Positions 6,353 through 15,200 of a stretch of DNA of 40,124 nt are shown here, in pieces; the first letter of the stretch is position 1; every line of letters begins with the position of its first letter. This stretch comes from a virus (taxonomy: Duplodnaviria; Caudoviricetes), in IMG/VR virus record IMGVR_UViG_3300005298_000001, positions 1 to 40,124 of that record; one strand, written 5' to 3'. The notes below the pieces were generated by a model, which was given only the letters and a program-made list of their open reading frames with translations, made no database searches and was not told the origin of the DNA. The position numbers and the translations under genes are program-made.

Positions 6353-6382
6353 ATTATAATACTTGTGTGGCGCGCCCGTCAA
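6353..6382 (-). promoter_or_regulatory. Leftward sigma70-type promoter with no downstream ORF
   Basis: TTGACG (6382-6377)-18 nt-TATAAT (6358-6353). Confidence 0.6.
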
Positions 6383-6394
6383 GTTTGATTACAC

Positions 6395-6424
6395 TTGACA
6401 ATCTGTAAACAGAATGTTTATACT
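6395..6424 (+). promoter_or_regulatory. Promoter of acrIII-1 with a palindrome in the spacer
   Basis: TTGACA-18 nt-TATACT; TCTGT-AA-ACAGA at 6402-6413. Confidence 0.75.
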
Positions 6425-6445
6425 TAATATCCTTAGGAGGTGTGT

Positions 6446-6772
6446 ATGTTGTACGTGGCGAATGCATTTTCGTTGCAGATGCTGGATAGTTTTCCGGCGA
6501 CTGTTGAGGTTGAGGAGGTGTCGTTGGACGAGGCGCGTGCGCTTCTCACCTCAAACGAGTTTGTTTCTGCGGTTGGGCACGGGGGCACGGCAGAGGTGCT
6601 TAGTGCGCTGCTGGGCGTTGATGTGCCTGAGAACAGGGTTAGCATCAGGGTTGGCGATGAGGACGCTGTTTTGGTGTTTCAGCTTCTCACGAGGCTTGAG
6701 GAGGGTAGGGTGCTGAGCGGTGAGGAGCTACGAGCGCTCCCGTACAGGTTTTTTGTTGTCAGGAGGGTCTAG
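6446..6772 (+). CDS. acrIII-1: AcrIII-1 family cA4 ring nuclease (DUF1874 / STIV B116 / YddF family), anti-type III CRISPR
   Basis: LYVANAFSLQML, SAVGH (catalytic His), NRVSI and Q...RLEEGRVL are all family-defining motifs; AGGAGG RBS. Confidence 0.92.
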   Translation: MLYVANAFSLQMLDSFPATVEVEEVSLDEARALLTSNEFVSAVGHGGTAEVLSALLGVDVPENRVSIRVGDEDAVLVFQLLTRLEEGRVLSGEELRALPYRFFVVRRV

Positions 6773-7000
6773 GCTGCCCTCCTTGCTCTGAGGCTTGTTC
6801 ATTTCTATTCTCAGTTCGTCTCTTGAGAGCTTGATTCTTCTTATGTCTATTAGTCCTTCCATGAGGATGTAGAGGATGGTGGAGGCGAGGAGGATGATTG
6901 TGAAGAACTCGTCCTTGAGCTTGTCTGCGAGCTTGAGCGAGATTGCTATCGTGGTGTTTGCTATGGTTATCCAGAGCTTGCGTGAGCTGAGCTTGCGCAT
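6728..7000 (-). CDS. Holin-like protein
   Basis: N-terminal SRKLW, two hydrophobic segments, charged tail; lies in the lysis cluster. Confidence 0.7.
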   Translation of the reverse strand: MRKLSSRKLWITIANTTIAISLKLADKLKDEFFTIILLASTILYILMEGLIDIRRIKLSRDELRIEMNKPQSKEGSLDPPDNKKPVRERS

Positions 7001-7001
7001 A

Positions 7002-7268
7002 CTATCTTCTCACGATGAGCGATATTATTGAGACGACGACGGACGTTATGGCTGAGAGGAGCGCGAAGAAGACCTTGACGCTGATGTTCCTGAACTCTTT
7101 TTCGAAGTCCTCGAGTTTCTCGATCCGCACGTTGTGGGTTGCGATCTCTTTCTCTATTCTTGAGACGCTTTCTCGTATTTCGTCGATTCTGTTTCCCAGG
7201 GCGGATATCATCTCCATGATTTTTATTGCGTACTCGCGGTCACTCAGCCTCTCCTTGCTTTTGGTCAT
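7002..7268 (-). CDS. Coiled-coil protein with C-terminal TM helix (XhlA/holin-like)
   Basis: Heptads, RIEKLE, then a hydrophobic helix ending RR. Confidence 0.7.
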   Translation of the reverse strand: MTKSKERLSDREYAIKIMEMISALGNRIDEIRESVSRIEKEIATHNVRIEKLEDFEKEFRNISVKVFFALLSAITSVVVSIISLIVRR

Positions 7269-7506
7269 TTTGCTCCTCTGTCTGCTCCTCTGACAGCCTA
7301 TTAATCTTATATGATAGCGCGACCATCTTTACAACGAAGATTTCGTCGACGTCGTCGATGCTGCTGGTGTCCGAGACTATTTCGGTGTCTGGCGAGTTCT
7401 GGAGCTCCTGGTAGTAGGACTGGGCGTCCTCAACGAAGGTTATTGAGGCGCTGTATCCTGGCGGTATGATTGGCTCTGTGTTGGTGACCAGCACTTTTCT
7501 TTTCAT
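7240..7506 (-). CDS. Small acidic hypothetical protein
   Basis: ATGA overlap with the endolysin gene, GAGGAGG RBS. Confidence 0.75.
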   Translation of the reverse strand: MKRKVLVTNTEPIIPPGYSASITFVEDAQSYYQELQNSPDTEIVSDTSSIDDVDEIFVVKMVALSYKINRLSEEQTEEQNDQKQGEAE

Positions 7507-8039
7507 GAGGCCTCCTCGATTCCTCTATATTTTGCTCTTGTGTGAATCCAGTTTTTCTCGAACACTTTGTCCTTTGGGCGATTTCTGATTAGCTCGCGGT
7601 AGAAGTTTTCCTGGATCTGGCAGATTTTGTCGATGAGCTGCTCGATTCTGTTTTGGTCCTTGATTTCCTTGACGGCGAGCAGAATGTCGTCGTTCACCTT
7701 CCCAGTGTACGGCACGCTGTAGCCGAGCTCTGCGAGAGCCTTGCAGAGGAACAGAATGCCCCGGCCCGTGTGGACCTGCGCGTCCAGGACCTTGGATGCC
7801 AGCTTTGGGGAGATGAGCGTCAGCCTGTTGATGTTCGTTGGCAGGTAGTAGTCGTAGTAGTATATGGTTTTTGCCTGCTCGAGTGTCAGGGACTTTATGT
7901 CGAGGTGCTTGTACTTTTTCTTGGATATTCCGAACTTTGTTTCGCCGCCGCTGTCTGCTGGGTGGTTGGAGTAGCCGCCCTCGTGCCTTATGATGTCCTT
8001 AATCATTCTGGCGAAGTACTTGTCGTCCTGCATCCTCAT
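7503..8039 (-). CDS. Endolysin, glycoside hydrolase family 108
   Basis: HEGGYSNHPADSGGETKFGIS motif, YYYDYY, C-terminal F.KNW..R peptidoglycan-binding motif. Confidence 0.92.
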   Translation of the reverse strand: MRMQDDKYFARMIKDIIRHEGGYSNHPADSGGETKFGISKKKYKHLDIKSLTLEQAKTIYYYDYYLPTNINRLTLISPKLASKVLDAQVHTGRGILFLCKALAELGYSVPYTGKVNDDILLAVKEIKDQNRIEQLIDKICQIQENFYRELIRNRPKDKVFEKNWIHTRAKYRGIEEAS

Positions 8040-8065
8040 CTGCGCTATCCTCGTTCGCCCTCTGT

Positions 8066-8094
8066 ATGATATTACATGTCTGCGGAGCTTTCAA
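8066..8094 (-). promoter_or_regulatory. Candidate promoter for the lysis genes
   Basis: TTGAAA-17 nt-TATCAT upstream of the endolysin. Confidence 0.45.
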
Positions 8095-8097
8095 ATT

Positions 8098-9276
8098 CTA
8101 GTACCATGCTCGCACGATGACAGTGTCGACGGCATAGCTGCCGAACGGGGATGTCAGCGCGCCGCAGTTGGGGAAGTATACCCACACCTCCCACTTGCCA
8201 GACTGTGTGTTGTACTTGAGGATTTTCTTCCACCAGAAGCCCCAGTATTCTGGGGGCTCGGAGTTCAGGGTTGAGATGCTGTTGATGTTGTTGTATGCTG
8301 AGATGCACTCGGGAGCGTAGATTCTTGCGGAGCTGTTGCCAATCATGATATCGACGAACTCGGGCAATGTTTCGCCCAGCTCGGTTATGAAGACGGTCGA
8401 GTTTTTCTGGTACGTTATGCTCTTCTCGACCTTTATTGTTGGTGCTGGCAGTCGGTAGTGCAGCAGGGTGTAGTGCATTGTTGAGTAGACCCAGCTGGCC
8501 TTGACGACGATCCTTGCCTTGTAGCTGCCTGAGGATGGGTCGTGCCTGATGGTGTACAGTGTGCCTGACATGGTGTCGGCCTTTGCGTTCTCGTAGAATG
8601 CGCATCCTGAGTGCAGGTACTCCTTTGTGCCCCAGTTGTAGTAGATTGCGAAGACGCTCGTGTTCATGTTGAACGGTATGCCGACCTCCTGTGGTGGGGT
8701 GGCCGAGGTTTTGTAGCCGCAGGGGCCGCTTGTTTGGTTTGTTATTGAGAACGAGCCTGTGATGATGTTATATAATCTCGGTTTTGGTGCCTGCATGACT
8801 ATGAGCTTGTTGTTTTCTGCCATTAGGCTGCCGAACGCGAATCTGTACGGCAGGTACCAGTTTCCGACGTCGATTCTGACCATTTCGAGGACGACCTTTT
8901 TGTCGAGAGCGCTTGATATTGTGTAGTCGTTTTCGGCGACCCAGAGGCTGAACACGGGTGATGATATTGGCAGGAAGCTCATGCTTGCCCAGTAGTTGTT
9001 GCTTGGAATAAGGAATAATTGGTTGATTAGTCGTATGCTTGACCACAGGAGCTTGCGGCTTGAGAGTTCCCTGTCGAGTGCTGAGAGCTTGGAGTTCAGG
9101 GCTGAGAGTTCGCTGTCCACGGCCGAGATTTTCGAGTTCAGTGGCGACAGTTGGGACTGCAGGTACCTGATGTTGACGAGCGAGTCGAACCTGGAGGTTG
9201 GCAGGGGCGACTCTCGCTCGGCCTGCAGCTGCTCTATTGCTTCGTCGACCTTTCGTTTCCATTCTCCCTTGCTCAT
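8098..9276 (-). CDS. Putative tail fibre / receptor-binding protein
   Basis: N-terminal heptad repeats (LNSKISAVDSELSALNSKLSALD), aromatic beta-rich C-terminus, position after the ejection genes; GGAGGAG RBS before ATG 9276. Confidence 0.6.
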   Translation of the reverse strand: MSKGEWKRKVDEAIEQLQAERESPLPTSRFDSLVNIRYLQSQLSPLNSKISAVDSELSALNSKLSALDRELSSRKLLWSSIRLINQLFLIPSNNYWASMSFLPISSPVFSLWVAENDYTISSALDKKVVLEMVRIDVGNWYLPYRFAFGSLMAENNKLIVMQAPKPRLYNIITGSFSITNQTSGPCGYKTSATPPQEVGIPFNMNTSVFAIYYNWGTKEYLHSGCAFYENAKADTMSGTLYTIRHDPSSGSYKARIVVKASWVYSTMHYTLLHYRLPAPTIKVEKSITYQKNSTVFITELGETLPEFVDIMIGNSSARIYAPECISAYNNINSISTLNSEPPEYWGFWWKKILKYNTQSGKWEVWVYFPNCGALTSPFGSYAVDTVIVRAWY

Positions 9277-9277
9277 G

Positions 9278-12200
9278 CTACTCCTCCAACACACGTTTGA
9301 ACTTTCTGATGAGCTTTGCATCTATTTTTGCTTGTCTTGTTTTCTCCGCGAGTTCCGAGATTTCGGTGATGAGCTTTTTCCTGATGGTTGACTTGACCAC
9401 CTGCTCTGCCTTGGCCTTTCTGACGCTGGCTGGCTCGTCCTTTATTCTGCTTAGCAGCGAGGTTAGCATTCGTTTGGTCTCCTGGGATATGCTGCTTTTC
9501 ATCTGGGCTATGTCCTGCTGTGACGGGATGTCTGCCCTCTCCCTTCTTATTGATACTGGGAACAGGAATGTCTCGAGGCTTGCTCCGCCGAAGAACACGT
9601 TTCTTCGGACGACTGAGGAGAAGAGCGACGCGGTGAGCTCGTCGACTGGGAGCCATGTGCCGAAGAAGTAGAACAGCTCGCTTCTGTCCCTTGTCTGCCT
9701 GATTTGTCCGAAGTTGAGCGAGTATCCGCCGAGCAGGAGCGTGAGTTTGATTAGAGGGTTCGACATGCTGACGATCTGCTCGAAGATTGGCTGCGATATG
9801 CTGACGGCGGAGTCTATTGCCAGCTCGGTGTAGTCTATGATGTGCTCGGTGGGCGAGGTCTGGATTCTGTGCTGTATCTGTCTTTCGACTGCTGGCTTGA
9901 TCACCAGGGTTTTGCGCAGCTTTCTCTCGAGGTTATCGAGCGAGGAGGTCATGAGTGCGACTGGGAACAGGATTGAGAACGTTCTGCTGAGGTCTATTCC
10001 CTCGAGCTTGGGTATGCCTGAGGATGTGTCGTAGCCGATGGGTATGGTGTACGAGTTCTGGAACTCCATTGCTTCGCCGTGCATGTCGTACCGTGACTTG
10101 ACGAGGTGTCCGACGAAGATGAGCTTTGTTGATGTCAGTCTTAGCACGAGCTCGAACGTTTTCCTGAAGAACGTCCAGAAGAAGAAGATGTTGTTGAGGT
10201 ACTTTTTCTCGAGCTTGGATATTGTTGAGTAGTCGAAGTGCCACTTGTCCACCCTTCTTATTGTTTCTGGGAGGCTCAGGCCCTTTTCCGCGATGCTGTC
10301 GATGAACATTGCGAACCTGACGATCTGCTCTATTGTTCCGTTCAGCCTGAGCAGTATTCTTCTCTGCAGGTCCATTTTCCTGATGGTGTCGGCGAAGATG
10401 GACTTTGCGCTGTCCAGCTTTTCCTGGACGCTTCCTTCTGCGCCGACCCTTGACATTCTGTTCTGGAATGTTCTGAGCAGCAGGTAGATGTCGTCCCTGA
10501 GGGTGTCCTGCGAGACTGAGAGCGTTATTCCGACGTTGAACAGTCTTGATGACAGGGCCAGCTCGTAGAGGTCGCTCAGCGAGTAGCCGTTGTAGATTGT
10601 GTCGAACGAGTTGAGGACCTTCGACACGGTTCTGCCGTTTTCGGTGTACGAGAGCTCTATTTCCTTAACGACTCGTGGCCCGATGATGTCGATTATTGCT
10701 CTGTTGAGCTCTGCGGCTGCGGCGCCGTAGTCGGTCGACTTGAGCTGGGCCACGAGCTCGTCAACTGCGATTTTCTTCTCGTCGCCCTCGACGAACCGTA
10801 TCACGACGTTCTTGTTGGTCAGCTTTGGCGCGTTGTGGACGTCGAGTATCGCCTTTGCTGTCTTCTCGGTGAGCTTCTCGTTGCTCTTGTCGACGAACTT
10901 GTTGAGCAGGAACCTTGCGGCCACCATGACTGATGAGAGTGACCCGCCGGAGATGAAGTGCTTGACGAGCGAGTCTATGAGGTTCTGCAGGTAGAACGAT
11001 GGGAACCAGGTGATGAGGCTTCTTCGCAGCACGCCGAGGAAGCTGGACACCTTCTCCATGACCTCGCTGTACGACTCGAGGTCGAGGAACGGGAGTATCA
11101 GGTTTTTGACCTCTCTGATGAGCTTCTCGTACGTGTATATTCCCACGCTCTTGTACGGGTTCATGAGCTGTATTGCGTCGTAGAGTGTCTCCCTGCTGAT
11201 TGCTGGGGTTGCGAGCCCGAGGGGCGGCTCCTTGCCCTGCTCGACCATTTCCCTTGACACTCTGTTGAGCGTGTCGACGTACTCCTCGAAGTGCTTCAGC
11301 ACCTCGAGTTTCGGCAGGTCGTCCCTGATTTCGTTCATTATGGGCGACAGGTCGTTGACTATCGACTCGAGCTCGGGCAGCGACTTTGGCAGCTTGCTTT
11401 TCTCGAGTCCTCCCCGCTTGAGAGCCATGATGAACGTGACGACTGTCTTCAGTGCGGCTGCGGGGTCCTTGACCTCGCCCACGACCTGCTGCAGTATGTC
11501 CTTCTCGTCCAGTCCTTTGAACTTGGTTGGCTGTCCAAGCAGCTGCGCGTATCTGAAGTCCTGGTACTCCTTGAGCGTTATGGTTCGCCTCTCCTTGAGT
11601 GTTAGCAGGAAGAGCTCGACGTCGCGGTCAACGTCCTCGCCGTTCGGCTTGAGCAGGCTGAGCAGCACCCTGTCTGCCGAGCTGCTGTCGATTTTGCCTG
11701 GCGCGATCCTGGATATGTAGTCTTCGGCGAGTGCCCGCATGTTCGCGAGGAACGCGGCCCTGTACGCCTTGGGTCCGAGCTTGGACGACACTGTGTCGTG
11801 GTAGAAGACCTTGAGCGCCTCTACGACCGCGTCCATGCCAATGAGGTGCTTGTCTCTGGTTTTGATCCCCTCTCTGTAGACTTTCTTCATGTAGTCCTTG
11901 AACACGGACTCGGCCGCTCTTATCAGTCCTGTCGGGTCGGCCGAGTACTTGTACGCGATGGCGATTGTTCTTGAGTACAGCGGGTTGTTGATGATTGTTG
12001 TGGTGATTGGCGTTTCTGAGCCTATTAGCTGGTGCTCGAGCACTCTCATGTTCTCGGGCGTTGACACGACCTTGGAGAACGGGATGTACGCGTTTTTGGA
12101 GATTTCGGTTAGGCCGCCGACCTGGAACTGCGTTGCGCTCTTGCCGAACACGAGCAGTGTCTTGGATATTGACGGGTTCAGCAGGAACTTTTTCGTTTCA

Positions 12201-15200
12201 CGCACGATGTGCCTCAGCGCGATCTTGTGCGCTATTGAGAGCAGCGAGTTCTGGACGAAGATTTTCTCCAGCCTGATTGGGCTCTTCAGGCTCTTCCTGA
12301 TCCTCTCGACCACGTTCTTCTCGAACATGTTGAGCTCGCCGTCGGTTATTATCGTCTTGCCGCCCTTCTCGACCTCTCTGAGCTTGACGCCGAGCTCGCC
12401 TGTTGTGCCGACCAGGGACTCTATGAACTGCGTGAAGTGCAACTCGTTTTTGAAGCCCAGGGCCTTTGCCAGGAAGTTGGACGGCAGCGACTGTCTCGCG
12501 GCCGAGAGCAGCATGTGGTAGATGCTGGCCTCTTCGGGCGAGACGCTGAGCGCGAACTCTTTCTCGACGTTGCTCACGACGTCGAGGATTTCGCTTATTT
12601 CCAGCTCGCGCCTGACGCCTATTTCCATCTCCTTGACGGTCTGCAGCTGCTTCCTTGCTGACCTTGACGCGATGATTCTCGGCACTGACGGGGCCAGCAC
12701 TGCCTGCTCGGCCTTGACCGCCTCGATTGGCGCGACTGCCTGCTCGGACATGAGCTTGTGGAACAGCCGCATTGCCAGCTCGGTGTCCGACATGACGAGC
12801 GAGTACTCTGCGGACCTGACGAATCCTGGCTTGGCCAGGTTCTCAGGTATCGATATGTACTTGAAGTACTTGATGTCCCCGTCGATCCCAGTGGTTGCCC
12901 TCCTGTGCAGTGGCGTGCCCTGGACAACCTCGGATATCGCCTTGTTCACCCAGGTTTCTATTGACTCGAAGTATGCTGGGGCTGCAGGGTCCTGCATCAC
13001 GCTCTCGATTGCCCTGAGGATGGTTCTCTCGAACGGCACGGCGTACACTGACATCCCGTTGAGCCTGGTGAAGATGGAGTCTGCGGACTTGACGAAGTAC
13101 GAGATGAACTTATCGAACTCGTCGAATGCCTGTGCTCTGACTGCCAGCTCCGCGGTGATCGACAGTGCTCTGAGCGACTCCACGATGTCGTCCCCTTCCT
13201 TGCTTCCCAGCGACATGTAGAACGCGATGTAGTCCAGCGGCCTTACGTTCGGCGGCATGATGTAGCTTTTCGGCGCGCTCTCGACGATGTGCGACTTGAG
13301 TCGGTTTCTCAGCGCTTCGCCCATGGTTGCCAGTGTTCTGCCGCCGTCGTGCTCGGCTATGAGCCTTATGAGCTCGTCCCTGCTCGTGGCGTTCCTGAGG
13401 AAGTCTGTGACGAAGAGGTTGGCGAACTGCTTCTGGCCCTGCATGAACGAGTTGGCGAGGATGTCGGTGTGCTCGACCAGTGCCGTGATGATGTGCATTG
13501 CCTTGAGGTCGCCGAAGTCGGTCCTGGAAACCTTCTTTGCGAGCTCGAGGAGTGCGCTGTCGCCCTCTCTCTCCGCAACCTCGATTGCGCGCTGCACTAT
13601 GTTGTTTCTTGCCGAGTTGATTGCGACGAGAGGGGTGAGCGACTCTTTGAGCATCTTCTCGACCTCTGCGACCGTGTGGCCCACCTGGACGTTGAGCTCG
13701 GTCGTTCTGTTCCTGAAGATGTTGCTCAGCTCCATGTACGCCCTGTTGAACGCGATTCTGAGGAAGTTCGTTTCCGCCTTGACCTTCTCGTTAAGCGTCT
13801 TCGGGATAGCGTTGTCTCTCAGTGCCTCGACCCCCCTTATGAACCTTATTATCTCGTTGCGGCCGATCCCGATGACCGATAGGAGCCTGTCGACCCTGCC
13901 GATTGCCCTGATCTCGAGGACCGAGTCAATCATCTTCTCCACGTCGCTCTCGGTTATCTCGGCTGGCACCAGGTACTTCGTCACGTTCTTGTTTGGCGGT
14001 ATGGACAGCCCGCGCATCGCCATGCTTATTGACGGGACCCTGAACAGCGATTTTGGCGCTGTGGCGAGTCTATTGGCCACGGGCCTGAGCTCGCTGTCTC
14101 TGAGCAGGCTCATTCCGTCGCTCCCAGCAACCACCTCTCTAATCTTCCTTTTCGCGTCTGCGAGCACTTGCCTGAACTCCTTGTTTTTCTCGAGCCAGAG
14201 CACTATGTTGAACAGCCTGGTCTCAACTGACGACGCGCGCGTCTTCTCGACGGCGAGCTCGTCCAGCTTGGCCAGCACCTCGTCCTTGCTCCTGCCGCTC
14301 AGCACCTCGTCGACCAGCTGCTTGACCCTCTTGTAGTGCTTTCTTGGTATTCTCAGGGCCAGCGAGTCGCTCATTAGCTCGTCCAGCTCGGAATACAGTC
14401 TTCGCACAACCTCTTTCGACGGTATGAGCAGGATGTCAGCGTTCTGCACCAGAATCTCCTTTATTCTCTCGACCTCCTCGTCCAGCAGCACTCTGAGCTT
14501 GTCCGAGTAGAGCCTGGATATCCCGCGGACTATTGCTGCTCTCCTGTCGCCTCCCGACGAGTAGCTGCTGATTATCTGCTCCGCGAGCTTGCTCATCTCC
14601 GAGAGGTCGTTGTTCTTTAGGAGCCTGGAGAGCGTCTTGGCCATGCCGTTGATGTCCAGGCTCCTGGCGTACTCTTCGACCTCCTGCTCAATTCTGTCGA
14701 TGAGCTTGGATATCTGCGGGTCGCGCGTGACCGCCTCCCTGCCGACGAAGTTCAGGATGACCTCGGCCTCTGGCGAGGTCTTGAACGCTGTGAGCAGCTC
14801 GGACGCCTTGGAGATGACGCTGTTCCTGGCCGACTCGATGCCGTCATACACCGACTCAATCTTCTCGAGAACGACCTTTATTTCGTCCGAGCTGAGGCCC
14901 GTTCCCTCCAGTCCCTTTCCGAGCCTTGCGAGTATGTCGTCCTTGCTGAAGCTCTGCACGAGGTCGACCGCCAGGAATCTTCGCATGACCCCCTTCGACA
15001 TCTCAATTATTGTTCCCGTGTCGGGCAATGCCGCGTCCTCGGACCTCGAGAACACGTACCTGCTCATTATGTCCTCGCTTATGTCGTCGTAGTAGTCGAG
15101 GTCCTGTAGCGACGTCTCGATGCTGTCTGGCCTCGGCGTCTTCAGCAGTCTCTCGACCTCGACCTGGTAGAACTTCCTTTTCCGACCAGCGTGCTCCCTC

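Noticed and set aside
8040-9276. Diversity-generating retroelement targeting the tail fibre
   Set aside because: No reverse transcriptase and no template/variable repeat pair seen.
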